Shown here piece after piece: positions 50,568 to 64,000 of a stretch of DNA of 64,000 nt. The notes beneath the pieces are model-generated. The model was not told the origin of the DNA and made no database searches. It saw only the letters and a list, made by a program, of their open reading frames with translations. The position numbers and the translations under genes were made by a program. Within the stretch, counting starts at the first letter, position 1. The number at the start of each line of letters is the position of its first letter. This DNA comes from Eledone cirrhosa (lineage: Eukaryota): positions 13,950,001 through 14,014,000 of the forward strand of contig OZ024765.1 in assembly GCA_964016885.1 (NCBI GenBank). Direction: 5' to 3'.

Positions 50568-51821
50568 AGATGTTGGTGATGACAAAAAGAAGGCTGACGA
50601 TGTTGATGACAAAATGGAGTCTAATGATGTTGATGATGACAAATTGAAGGACAATGATACTACATTGTCAACATAAATATAATTTGGATGGTAAAAGAAA
50701 TTATTTTTGTTGGAAGAAATCAAAGAAAACCACAAAAATATATTTCCAATCAATTTATATATTGATGATAAATAAATAAAAATAGGTGTTCAATACTAAA
50801 TAATGAGTTTTTAAAATTATTTTGTTTTGTTTGGATATTTTCCTCCCGTCTGTGACAGTCCAGACTCCTGAGGAAGGCATCTGAGGTGTCAGCAGTGACC
50901 AGCATACAAAGAAGGGGTCAGGCAAGTCCAAGCATTCAGACATAAAAACCGGAGCAGTGGTAAATCCTCACACACACACACCCACACACACACACACACA
51001 CACATATATATAAAAAATAAAAAATAGAATTGGCGATATTTGATTCAGGAGCTGCCTATGTCCGTTCGTTTAGACTGACCGCCCATATATATATATATAT
51101 ATATATATATAAGCAAAAGGGATATTTAACTTCTTGGTAATTCAACAAATATATATATTTATAACTGATTCAAAGCACTCAACAAGTTTTCTGGAGTATA
51201 ATATCAATGATATTAATAAATGGAAACTATGTTTATAAAACCATATTTATTCTATTATATATATTTTGAAGGGTACCAAAACTTTGGTACGTTCTCATCA
51301 GATAAAATACAAAGTTTGTTTTATAAATATTGACATATCCAGGAAGGAGATCTTAACGGTTCAAGTTTTTCCTGGAGAGTAAAAGGAAAGTGGGGAAAGA
51401 GAGGAAAAGTCAAATATTTCAAATTATTAAGTTGAATATGCAAATGAGTTTTGAGGTATAGGGCTGAAAAAAACGTTATTTTTAGACGCTAGGTAGATTT
51501 AAATAATTATTAGGATATATGTATATATGTATGTGTAGGAAGAAGAAAGAGAAAGAAAGAAAAGCTTGTATTTACGTGAATTTAAAAAGAATTAACAGTT
51601 TGTAGGAATGGTGGAATATGATTCCAGAATTTAAAAAAGTATTTAGCTATATTATGAGTTATAATATATATATAATCAATTAGATTATATGAAGAATTAT
51701 GGTTGTAAGTACATTTTATCTCATTATATTGCAACAGGTTGTAAGTATATAAATGTCTATATAGATTAATAAGTGTGCAAGTATAAGTATTATTGGTGAT
51801 TTTATAGAAATAAAACACACA

Positions 51822-51882
51822 TATTTTATCTGATGAGAGTGTACCCAAGTTTTGGTACACTTGAAATATATATAATATAATA
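51822..51882 (+). ncRNA. Minimal hammerhead motif with palindromic AUAUAUAU stem III
   Basis: tattttat-CTGATGA-g agtgtacc caagtttt ggtacact t-GAAATATATATA-atataata. A degenerate inverted copy at ~51250-51309 has lost GAAA. Confidence 0.7.
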
Positions 51883-52002
51883 AATATGATTTTATAAATA
51901 TAGTTTCCATTTATTAATATCATTGATATATATTTATATATATATAAATAGATCCAGGGACTAAATAATGAGTTTTTAAAATTATTTGGTTTTGTTTATA
52001 AT

Positions 52003-52733
52003 AATAATTGTTTCTACTTTTGGCACAAGGCCAGCAATCACCCAGTGTATTACTGGTACTTTATTTTATCCACCCCGTAAGGATGAAAGGCAAAGTTAAC
52101 CTCGGCGGGATTTGAACTCAGAATGGCCAGGGCCATAACTCTATGCGCCAAAGCATGGTGTCCGACACTCTACCGACACTGCCAAATAATTGTTTCTACT
52201 TTTGGCACAAGGCCAGCAATCACTCAGTATATTACTGGTACTTTATTTTATCCACCCCGTAAGGATGAAAGGCAAAGTTAACCTCGGCGGGATTTGAACT
52301 CAGAATGGCCAGGGCCATAACTCTATGCGCCAAAGCATGGTGTCCGACACTCTACCGACACTGCCAAATAATTGTTTCTACTTTTGGCACAAGGCCAGCA
52401 ATCACTCAGTATATTACTGGTACTTTATTTTATCCACCCCGTAAGGATGAAAGGCAAAGTTAACCTTGGCGGGATTTGAACTCAGAATGGCCAGGGCCAT
52501 AACTCTATGCGCCAAAGCATGGTGTCCGACACTCTACCGACACTGCCAAATAATTGTTTCTACTTTTGGCACAAGGCCAGCAATCACTCAGTATATTACT
52601 GGTACTTTATTTTATCCACCCCGTAAGGATGAAAGGCAAAGTTAACCTTGGCGGGATTTGAACTCAGAATGGCCAGGGCCATAACTCTATGCGCCAAAGC
52701 ATGGTGTCCGACACTCTACCGACACTGCCAAAT
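52003..52733 (-). repeat. Head-to-tail array of 4 x 182-bp tRNA-derived SINE
   Basis: Period 182. On the minus strand: A box tggcagtgtcggt, B box gagttcaaatccc, and a gcctttcatccttacggggt.gataaaataaagtaccag domain resembling the MetaSINE central domain. Many dispersed copies (4740-5090, 13910-14545, 24915-25090, 26335-26550, 27690-27870, 62525-62905). Confidence 0.85.
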
Positions 52734-52907
52734 AATGACAGAGTTAGATGTGAAGAATGATGACACATGGAACACTGATAAAATATTTGGTACAGCTCTT
52801 CACAGCGATAACTCTTTTCAGACAATCAGTCTGTTATATCACATTGATAGCATATTCTAGTTATAACATACGTCAATGATACATCATCATCATCATTGTA
52901 TACACAC

Positions 52908-52958
<51 letters not shown>

Positions 52959-53049
52959 TAGATAGATGGTTTGCTGAAAAGGACTCATCCCACCCTTGCA
53001 AGTAGGGAAAAGCAGATGTAAAATGATGTTGATGATTATGATGATGATG

Positions 53050-53104
<55 letters not shown>

Positions 53105-53137
53105 AACAAATGGAAACTATATTTATAAAACCATATT

Positions 53138-53202
53138 TATTTCATTATACATATTTCAAGGACACCAAAGCAAATTCTGGTGCGCTTTCATCAAATAAAA
53201 TA
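53138..53202 (-). ncRNA. Hammerhead motif with C3U core change (probably impaired)
   Basis: Minus strand: tattttat-TTGATGA-aagcgcacca...tggtgtcctt-GAAATATGTATA-atgaaata. Same family as 35111 and 51822. Confidence 0.5.
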
Positions 53203-53364
53203 TAATATAGATCAGTTTTATAAACAAATATTGACATACCCTTAAAGAATACGACCATGTCGGTTGGAAGCTCCCGGATAGTGATAATTTGCTTTGGTGT
53301 CCTTGAAATATGTATAATGAAATAAATATGGTTTTATAAATATAGTTTCCATTTGTTAATATGT

Positions 53365-53403
<39 letters not shown>

Positions 53404-53739
53404 TGTAAATGTGGTTGGTGTTAGGAAGGGCATCCAGATGTTGTAATATGTTGTATTTTTACTCCAAAAATTTGTTGAGTGCTTTATATCAGTTATAAAA
53501 ATATTTACACAAGCATACGCGAAAACACTTGCCATAGGTATACAAAACCACGCACATATAAATATGTGTGTGCGTGTATACAAATAAATAAATAATTAAA
53601 TAAACGTATATAAATAAATACGTATATACGTATTTATTTATTTATATACGTTTATTTAATTATTTATTTATTTGTATACACGCACACACACACATATATT
53701 TATATGTGCGTGGTTTTGTATACCTATGGCAAGTGTTTT

Positions 53740-54310
53740 CGCGTATGCTTGTGTATGTACGTATTTGCATGCGTGTATGTATTTATTTAATTTCTATTAC
53801 CTCTGTATTTTATTTACTTTATACTTAACTCTGAAGCGGAGCTTCATTCGGTTTCCTAGTTAGAATTTTAGTCTACGACTTCTGCTATACCATTTACGTG
53901 GTTTTGTCTTTGCGTGCAATTGTTCTCCACGCTTCACATATGACGTATTATCTTCGTTTTTTCCATTCATTGCCAGAGAACGTCTCTATGAACCACCTAA
54001 GAGAACATTAGTCTACGACTTCTTTTATACCATAAACGTGGTTCTGTCTTTGCACGTAATTGTTTCACACCGCTCCTATTAATGACGTATTATATTCGTT
54101 TTTTCCCGTTCTTTGCCAGGGAACGTTTCCACGAACCAAAGTATCGTCTTCCTGTCTCCCCCCGGTTGCAATGTTTTTTGAAATATCCACTTCTGCGTTC
54201 ACAGATTGACTTTGTTAGTTTCAGAAGATCCCGTTAAGGGTTAAAGCAGCGATTCTTTGCTTAAACTTTAATCTGTTATTTTAATAAATATTTGCTCAAC
54301 GGTTCTTATA
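53740..54310 (+). mobile_element. Non-coding repeat ending in a degenerate hammerhead; diverged direct copy at 56320-56900
   Basis: agttt-CAGAAGA-tccc gttaa gggt-TAAAGCA...TGCTT-aaact at 54217-54267 and 56807-56857. GAAA is retained in partial copies at 28549 and ~56300 (minus). Confidence 0.55.
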
Positions 54311-54503
54311 TATATATATTTTTTTTCTTCTCTGTCTGTCTCTTTGTTTTTCTTTTCATTTTTCTTTTCTTTACGTTTTTCGTTGTTGCTGTGCTGTTTT
54401 GATTTTGATTTTTGGTTTTTTGATTTTTTGACCGGGTCATCAAATCAGTCTATTTATATCTTTTGATACCTTCCTCTTTTAGTGGGTACTCTACGATGCA
54501 TGT

Positions 54504-54880
54504 CTTAGCAGGAGGTAGTGGGAGAGAATAGCGGCGATAGTGATAATGAGGCAGTGGTGGTGGTGGTGCTGTGCTAGTAGTACTTAGCAGGAGGTAGTGG
54601 GAGAGAATAGCGGCGGTAGCGATAATGAGGCAGTGGTGGTGGTGGTGCTGTGCTAGTAGTACTTAGCAGGAGGTAGTGGGAGAGAATAGCGGCGGTAGTG
54701 ATAATGAGGCAGTGGTGGTGGTGGTGCTGTGCTAGTAGTACTTAGCAGGAGGTAGTGGGAGAGAATAGCGGCGGTAGCGATAATGAGGCAGTGGTGGTGG
54801 TGGTGCTGTGCTAGTAGTACTTAGCAGGAGGTAGTGGGAGAGAATAGCGGCGGTAGCGATAATGAGGCAGTGGTGGTGGT
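54504..54880. repeat. 79-bp G-rich minisatellite, about 4.8 units
   Basis: Unit starts cttagcaggaggtagtgggagag at 54504, 54583, 54662, 54741 and 54820. Confidence 0.9.
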
Positions 54881-55280
54881 GATGTGATCGTAGTACTGTA
54901 GTGATGGTGTTGAAGTTGAAGTAGAAATAGAAGTTGAGGTAACTTGACTAGAGTTTTTGGCGTGGTAGTGGTGATGTTGGTGGTGAAATTATTTGCCTGT
55001 CTGTCCACTTAGCCATTTAGCTATTTAGCCATTTTACCATTTTCCTCTTTTTCGACTATAACATTTCTGATCCAAAATTAAATATTAAATATTGGGCCCT
55101 ATGCCGTAAAGTGATGTGTTATGGCTTGCTGAGCGTTAAAAACTGTAGTTTTATACATCATTTGTAATAAGAATTATTCTATCACAGTTGTTTTAAATAA
55201 GTAAAAATCAAAAACTTACGGGAGCGATTCCATAACGATATATATCCACCATGTGCGTTTTCTTCTTCTTCTTCTTCTTC

Positions 55281-56264
<984 letters not shown>

Positions 56265-56964
56265 TAAAATAACAGATTAAAGTTTAAACAAAGAATCGCT
56301 GCTTTCACCCTTAACGGGTAAGTTTTTGCGTATGCTTGTGTATGTACGTTTTTGTTTGCGTGTATGTATTTATTTATTTCTATTACTTCTGTATTGTATT
56401 TATTTACTTTGTTCTTAACTCCGTAGCGGAGATTCATTCGGTCTCCTAGTTAGAATTTAGTCCACGACTTCTGCTATACCATTTACGTGGTTTTGTCTTT
56501 GCGTGCTATTGTTCTCCACGCTCCACATATGACGTATTATCTTCGTTTTTTTCGTTCATTGCCAGAGAACGTCTCTATGCACCACCTAAGAGAACATTAG
56601 TCTACGACCTCTTTTATACCATAAACGTGGTTCTGTCTTTGCGCGTGATTGTTTTTCACCGCTGCTATTAATGACGTATTATATTCGTTTTTTCCCGTTC
56701 TTAGCCAGCGGACGTTTCCACGAACCAAAGTATCGTCTTCCTGTCTTCCTCCGGTTGCAAAGTTTTTTTGAAATATCCAGTTCTGCGTTTACAGATTGAC
56801 TTTGTTAGTTTCAGAAGATCCCGTTAAGGGTTAAAGCAGCGATTCTTTGCTTAAACTTTAATCTGTTATTTTAATAAATATTTGCTCTACGGTTCTTATA
56901 TATTTGATATATATTTATCCTTATCGAGCCCTCTTTGGATTTTAGTCTTCAAATTTATTATTAT

Positions 56965-57043
<79 letters not shown>

Positions 57044-57101
57044 TAAAATAGTTAAGTCAAATATGTAAAATTTGGCTTCGTTTATTATAAATTATAGATA
57101 T

Positions 57102-57156
57102 ACTGCTATATATATTTCGGTGACAGCCATCATTGGCTGTGACCTCTTCAGGCAGT
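57102..57156 (-). ncRNA. Minimal hammerhead motif, left arm of inverted repeat
   Basis: Minus strand: actgc-CTGAAGA-ggtcacagcca atga tggctgtcacc-GAAATATATATA-gcagt. Perfect stem I. Confidence 0.75.
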
Positions 57157-57289
57157 CCGAATTGGTGTGGGAAAGATTCCAGTTCCTCAGAGAAATATCA
57201 ACACAACCAGGAGCTGGACATATCGATGTATTGACGGAGTAAAACACACTTCAACAACATGTGTTCCTGTCTTTCCCACACCAATTCGG

Positions 57290-57344
57290 ACTACCTGAAG
57301 AGGTCACAGCCAATGATGGCTGTCACCGAAATATATATAGAAGT
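57290..57344 (+). ncRNA. Minimal hammerhead motif, right arm of inverted repeat
   Basis: actac-CTGAAGA-ggtcacagcca atga tggctgtcacc-GAAATATATATA-gaagt. One stem I mismatch. Confidence 0.7.
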
Positions 57345-58795
57345 ATATCTACAATTTATAATAAACGAAGCCAAATTTTACATATTTGACTTAATTATTT
57401 TACATTACTCCGGAGTAAACAAACCAACCTGCGTACTTCGTCGAGTGCTCCAATCTGCATACTGAGGTGTCGCTTAACAACCAACATATACTCAAAATTT
57501 ATATATATATATATATATACTTGTGTATAATGGTAGCTATGGTGCTTCCATAGGCGGTATGCCAAAATTAGCACTTAATATTCAGCAGAGTAGAGTGTAG
57601 ATAGTATAAAGAAGACGAAAAATCAGTGATGGATTTGGACTCAATTGAGTCCAGATGCATCACTGATTTTTCATTTTCTTTATACTATATATATATATAT
57701 ATAATTAATACAATAACAGAGATAGTTTAAAGCTAAACTCTGACTGGTAACCATCTCACTCAACAAACATTAGGTTATATTAAAATATAAACCCAATTTA
57801 AGTGTTTGGGGTGCTAACAATATGTATAATGTGGAAAAACCAGTTGTATTATTTTATGAGAAATAATTAAAGTTAAAGTATATCTCTCTTTCCAAACAAT
57901 TGTTTCATTATAAGTTTTCTACAAGTTTGGGAGAATGTTTCCAGTTTATGTAGAAGCCTAATATATATTCATGTAAGAGTATATTTAGGTGAGCACTTAT
58001 AAATCATCAGTGGAAGCCCATTAAACATTGATATAAGAAAACAATTTCTTACCGCTGTCAAAAATCATGTCTGTAAAGTCGCTCTCTCACCTCGAATGAC
58101 TGCCAAATTTGAAATTCCAGCAGTTTTTGACTGAGGAAGTATCATAGCGACACGAAGCGGGAAGGGGAGACAACCCACGATCCACGAAATGAGGAAAAAA
58201 AAAATAATATACACGCGGGTTAATTAGTTTTTTTGAAAACATTATCAATCCAACGTGTTTAAGAACTCAATTGAAAATAAAAAAATAAATATATGCTTGT
58301 ATAAATTACACACGCATATAGATATTTTCTTAGGCTAAATCAGAAGTTGTACCCGAATAAGAACCGCTTCTCATAACCGCAGTAAATGCAGAAAGTTATG
58401 TTATATAGGGCAAATGGGAATATAATTCTCCGGCCGAATTATTAAGAGTAAAATATAAAACACACGCGGGTTAATTAGTTATTTCAAAACCAATATTAAT
58501 TCCTCGTATAAAGAACTCAATTAATAAAAGAAAATAATTACATATATGCATGTAATTATATACGTAGGCATATATATATATATATTTTCCTAGGCTAAAA
58601 AACAGAGAAGTTACAACCAAAAAAAGCCACTATATTTCATAACAGTAATAAATACGGAAAGTCAAATTCAAAAGGTACCTGGAAATAAACACCTCTGGCC
58701 AATCAAGAGTAAATATTTAATACACTAACAGAGATAGTTTAAAGCTAAACTCTGACTGGTAACCATCTCACTCAACAATATATACATATATATAT

Positions 58796-58839
<44 letters not shown>

Positions 58840-59944
58840 CATGAGAAGAAAGAAGAATACTGCGTGGTTGCACATGGGTTACATATGATAAAAATAGTCC
58901 TTCGTCAGTGATTTTCCAACCATCATTGATATTTCATTGCATTAAAAATCATATACCTCAGGTTGGTGCGAGCAATAGCTAAAAGAAGCTATTGGGACAA
59001 GTAAATCGCGTAAAGCGAGTGAGACAAGTAAACAACATAGAAGGATGAAAGCAACGCAAAGATAGGAATAAACAAGCAACATGGTTATCCGGTCAGCATA
59101 AGCTGGGTGGATTTCATGAGCGATCGAGATACAGACCGTCCGACGTGAGTGAGATGTGAGCAAGGAGAGAACCCACTACAAGCCAAACGGGAGGAAGTGA
59201 GAAGGGGAGAAACAAAGAGTGAGTGAGTGGAAGTGCGAGGAAGAGGTCAGTCGAGAGAATGTGTAACTGACAGAGGGGGTGAAAGAAGGTGAGAGCAACA
59301 GAGAGAACGGGGAAGCAGTAAGGGAGAAACAGACAAACGCAGCTGAGGTAAATATATATAAAAAACATGAGAAGAAAGAAGAATACTGCGTGGTTGCACA
59401 TGGGTTACATATGATAAAAATAGTTCTACACATATATGTACACATATATATATACATATATATATATTCATACATATATATATATACATACATCGGCATC
59501 ATCATCATCATCAGTATCATCATTATCATCTTCATCATCTTCATTTTCATCATCATCGTCGTCACCATCATCATCATCATCATCACCACCCTACAGAGTA
59601 AAAGCACCCAGTACACTCTCTAAAGTGGTTGGTGTTATGAAGGGCATCCAGCTGTAGAAAGCTTGCCAAATAAAGGGTTGAAAGGACCCTTCAGTTGTGC
59701 CAAAGGCATGAAAGCCTCCCTGGTGTTGGATCTTCATGATAAATGCACCCAGTACACTCTGTAAAGAAATGTTTATAAGCTTTATTTACAACTAGACCAC
59801 CTGTGACCCGTTGGGTTACATTCATGTCAAAATATCTTTTAAAAATCATGTTCACATAAAAATAATTTTTAAATAATTAAAATATACACAGACATGTATA
59901 TAATGTGAAATGAAACTGGAAGGCTCATATATATACGTGTGTGT

Positions 59945-60962
59945 CATCATCATCATCATCATCATCAACGTTTAACGTCCGTGTTCCACGCTTGCATGGG
60001 TTTGGACGGGGGTAGTCCCACTTGAGGCAAGAGTGATTGTCTTGCTCGCATAGGACTGTCTGGCAGGTTTTCTACAGTTGGATGCCCTTCCTAACACCAA
60101 CCACATTTACAGTGTGGGTCTGGGAGGTTTTTACCGTGTTGCCTACACGGCCACATTACAGCGTGGACTGTGTGTTTTTTTTGTCGTGACACCTACACGA
60201 TCTCATTTGTTTCGGCCTGGATGGCGCGGCACCAACATAACTTTACATAGAACGGGGTGGTGTGGATGGGGTGGGGGTGGTGGTGGTGGGACGGGGTGTA
60301 TTTTGTTAGAGATACCTACTGGCTGTAGTAGGTTTTACTATGTATTTAGGTAAGGCGGGTTTTCTCTGTTACTGAGTACCGCCAAAGGTCTCGGTCCAGT
60401 GACATTGTCTTGGAGAGGTGTAAGTGTGTGAGGTCGGAGTTTATCAGCTCGTCCCAGGTTTTTCTAGGTCTGCCTATTCCGTGGCTACCGTCTATCTTTA
60501 TTGCCCTGCACTTTGTTATACAGCTATCGACTTTCATGCGCATCACGTGTCCATACCAACGTAGCCTTCTCTCGAGTAAACAACATCTGATCCCTCTTAT
60601 TTCTAATTTTTTCCTTAGTTCATTTATGCTTTGCCGTTCACGTATATTACTGTTACACATCCAGTGGAGCATGCAAGCTTCGTTCCTCTCTAGTCTGCGT
60701 ATATCCTCTGCACACAATGCCCAGGTCTCACTGCCATGCAACATTGCTGTTCGTATGCAGGCATCGTACAACCTGCCTTTCATTTTTAGGGAGAACCCTT
60801 TAGCAGCTAATAGTGGTATAAGCTCTCTGAACTTTTTCCAACCAGTTCTGACTCTAGCTACAGTACTTTCAGAGCACCCTCCCCCACTGCTGATTTTATC
60901 GCCCAGGTAACGGAAGCTGTCCACTATTTCTATAGAACCCTCTGCGCAATTGAAAGAGCTAG
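59945..60962 (-). mobile_element. RTE LINE 3' fragment
   Basis: IEIVDSFRYLGD...MLHGSETWAL...RRLRWYGHVMRM...GRPRKTW. Confidence 0.85.
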
Positions 60963-61235
60963 TATTTATGTGTATGTATATATATATATAAATCAGTTCC
61001 TGTATGAGCAAGGCATGGTCAGCCGACCAGACACTGCCCACAACAGGACAACCCGTCTAACCCATGCTAGCGTGGAAGAACGGACGTAAAACGGTGATGA
61101 TGATGATGAAATGTGTGTGTGTATACACATATATATATATGTATGTATGTGTGTATATATATATGTGGGTGTCTGTGATCTATATACACTGGTTGTAGAC
61201 ACACACAGACACACATATATATATATACGCACACA

Positions 61236-61272
<37 letters not shown>

Positions 61273-63220
61273 CAACACCACCAGCTCTCTCTTCCATTCT
61301 CCTTCTCTGTTCCTTCTCTCTCTCTCTCTCTCTATGTCTCTCTTTCAATCTACTCTGTCACAACCGCTATCTCTTTTTCTCTATCTTTCTCCCTCACTCT
61401 CTATCCTTCTCTCTCTCTGTTTATGAAGGTACTCGGAAAAACCCATATCTCGAGAACCTGTGCTCCGATTTGCGCGAATCTTGTTTTATTCCATTTGTAT
61501 TCTCATTTCAGGGCTAACCTCCTTTCAAAGTATTTTCCCATTATGCGACCTTTTGGCTGTATTACATTACAGACAAGCAAGCAAGCAATTACAGAATTTT
61601 AGTAGTATATAGATAGATAGATTGTATAAGTAACATTACAATTGGGGAAGGGGTAAAGAAAGGTAGATCTGGCTGTATGGGAAAGTAGAAGAAAGGACTA
61701 TAAAAGCCATAAATGAGAGGAAAAGGTGGGGGAAGGGGAGAGGGTGATGTGGTCTTGGCCTAGGACACAGCACTGTTGGGGCTGCATCTCTTGGTGATAA
61801 GAAAGGCATCCAGCTGTAGAAAGCTTGCCAAAGGGTTGGGAGGACCCTTCAATTGTGTTAACTCTTTATCATTTGAACCGACCATATCCGGCCAAAACTA
61901 TCTCACCTCTTTCTGTTCAAACCGGCTGTAACTGACCATGCATACCTACATTAAGGTATTGTTCTCAACATAAATGACATCAAAATCTCGTAGAGTCGAT
62001 ATTATGTGAGATAATTATGTAAGATAAAGCCTTTGGCGTGAAAATACAATAGTAAATATAAAGTAATGCAAATGCTAAAGGGTTAAAGATATGACAACCT
62101 TGCTAGTGCTGGTGATCTACATGGTAAATACACCCAGTACACTCTGTAAAGTGGTTAGTGATAGGAAGGGCATCCAGCCATATATAACTTGCTGATGATG
62201 ATGATGATGATGATGATCGGTTAAATATACAATTAAAATTCCATTATAACGAATAAAATTATAACAAAATTTTCAGTATAACAAATTTTTTTTCAATCTT
62301 TGAGGTAATAACAAATAAATGTTTGATTTTTTTTCGGTCAATCTCGTTATAAAGAATTTTTCGCTACAACGAATTTTTTTTTATATCCCAGGAATTTCGC
62401 TATAACGGAATTTCTTTGTAGTAGAAGACACTTTCCAAAGATGCTATAGATTGGCTGGGAAGGTAACCCCTGACCACTCAACCATTTTTACACCTATGTT
62501 TACATGTATATTATTCTCTCAAGGGCAGTAGATTGGCAGTAATCGGTAGAGCGTCGGACAACATGCTTTGCGGCATAGATTTATGGCCCTTTACATTCTG
62601 AATTCAAATCCTGCTGATCTAAAGTACCAGTAATTTCCTTGGGTAGTTTAATCCATTTTCCCCTCCCCCAAAATTGTTGGCCTTGTGCCTAAATCAGAAA
62701 CCATTATCGTTATTAAAGATAGGGTGGTGGATTAGCAGTATCGGTAGAGGGTCGGACGCCATGTTTTGCAGCAAAGAGTTGCGGCCCTTTATGGTCTCTC
62801 AACTTTACAGAGTTCATAAAGTAAAGTACCAGTAATGCACAGGGGTAGTTTAATCGACTTTCCCCTCGTTCAAAATGGCTGACCTTGTGCCTAAATCACA
62901 AACCATTATTACATAAGTATATTATTTATATGTTCATACACCTTTTTATTACAATCATTTACCAATGACCTATTATCAACAATTCACCCTAAAATTAGTT
63001 ATACCTTCTTTCACAGATGTTGAAGTTCCCAGTGTTATCGAAACAAATTTATTTGTGTCAAGATTCAAGGTTGATTGTAACTTTTTTAATAAATTTATTT
63101 TTCACTTTTTATTTTTATTTCTCGTGGTCTTTATTTTGACAGTTTCTTATTGACATCTTAGACAATTATCTCTAATCTTATTAACTGTGTCTCTTGAATC
63201 ACTCTGCAATATTATTTCAG

Positions 63221-63241
63221 TGATAAGAAAACCTCTATAAA
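63221..63241 (+). promoter_or_regulatory. GATA motif + TATA box of a third secreted-protein gene
   Basis: TGATAAG 63221-63227 and TATAAA 63236-63241, 60 nt upstream of ATG 63296. Confidence 0.55.
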
Positions 63242-63295
63242 TTGGTTGGGTAACATTAAAAGTCATCCATTTTTGGTTATTGTAAACTGGACATC

Positions 63296-63344
63296 ATGTT
63301 TAAGTTGGCTGTTCTCTGCTGTTTCTTCGTTGCTGCTTTTGCAG
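63296..63344 (+). CDS. Exon 1 (signal peptide MFKLAVLCCFFVAAFA, phase 1) of a probable divergent paralog; gene runs off the window
   Basis: Same architecture as genes A/B: TATA about 60 nt upstream, CFF-x-AA signal core, CAG|GTAAGA phase-1 donor. Confidence 0.7.
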
Positions 63345-63369
63345 GTAAGACACAACAGAATGATATTAC

Positions 63370-63770
63370 TTCATCATCATCATCATCATCTTCATTTTTA
63401 TGTCTATTTTTTCCACACTTGCATGGGTTGGATGGGTCCTTTTCAGCACAGTATCTCTCCACTCGTCACTTTCTTTTGTCATCTCCTCTTTGAGTCTCAG
63501 CGATTTGAGATCAGCTCTCACAACCTCTGCCCAGATCTTTCTTGGTTTACCTTTACTGCAACTTCCCTCCACTGGGATTTCCTGGCACCTCTTCAACCAG
63601 CGACTAACATCCATATGCATCACATATTCATACTCCATACCAACACAGTCTTCTCTCTTGCACACTACTTCAGGTTCCTCTTACACCCATTTTCTCCCTC
63701 AGTTCATCCAAACCCAGCCTTTCTCTCACATTTACATTGTACATTCAACAAAGCATGGTTGCATCATAGT
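63370..63770 (-). mobile_element. Decayed RTE 3' fragment in intron 1 of the third secreted gene
   Basis: RWLKRCQEIPVEGSCSKGKPRKIWAEVVRADL, same family as 13075-13425. Confidence 0.65.
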
Positions 63771-64000
63771 TTAATATTCCTTTAATCCTATATTCCTTCA
63801 TTTATTTTAGTTTAGTTTATAGATTTTGACTTAATAATTCCCAAGTTAACCCTTTAGCATTTACATTACTCTATATATACTATTATATTTTCACAGTAAA
63901 GGCTTTATCTTACATAATTATCTCAGATAATATCGAATTTATGAGATTTTGATATTATTTATTTTGAGAACAATACCTTAATGTTGAATGAGCAGCTGGT

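Larger units (their letters stand above)
36155..51196 (+). repeat. Segmental duplication unit B
   Basis: Direct copy of unit A, with a B-only insertion at ~46783-47900 and an expanded 61-bp repeat. Confidence 0.9.

Noticed and set aside
52003-52733. CRISPR-like regular repeats
   Set aside because: Contiguous SINE units without unique spacers, in a eukaryotic context with no cas genes.
58050-58160. Type III hammerhead-like arrangement around CTGAGGA
   Set aside because: It lacks A15.1 and has a non-cleavable NUG site.

Overview
AT-rich, microsatellite- and SINE-dense eukaryotic DNA. The repeat landscape suggests an invertebrate, probably an octopod cephalopod; this is inference, not a database result. 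Content: (1) An intronless 1430-aa Bloom-syndrome RecQ helicase gene (5127-9419, -). (2) A near-identical tandem segmental duplication (unit A ~13980-35035, unit B ~36155-51196). Each unit carries a spliced gene, not assembled by the ORF track, for a small secreted 6-cysteine VWC/pacifastin-like peptide. The two signal exons are identical, but the two mature-domain exons differ at 8 nt that are all in amino-acid-changing codons. A probable third, divergent family member begins at 63296. (3) About 16 hammerhead-ribozyme-like motifs (10 with intact CUGAnGA/GAAA cores) from several unrelated families, mostly in (TA)n-anchored fold-back or direct-repeat mini-elements resembling Penelope/retrozyme remnants. 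(4) A disrupted CR1-type LINE present only in unit A; RTE, L1/Tx1, CRE-like, mariner, piggyBac-MITE and tRNA-SINE fragments; and several minisatellites derived from mobile elements. Most short ORFs in the supplied track are repeat artefacts. All alignments and folds were done by eye.
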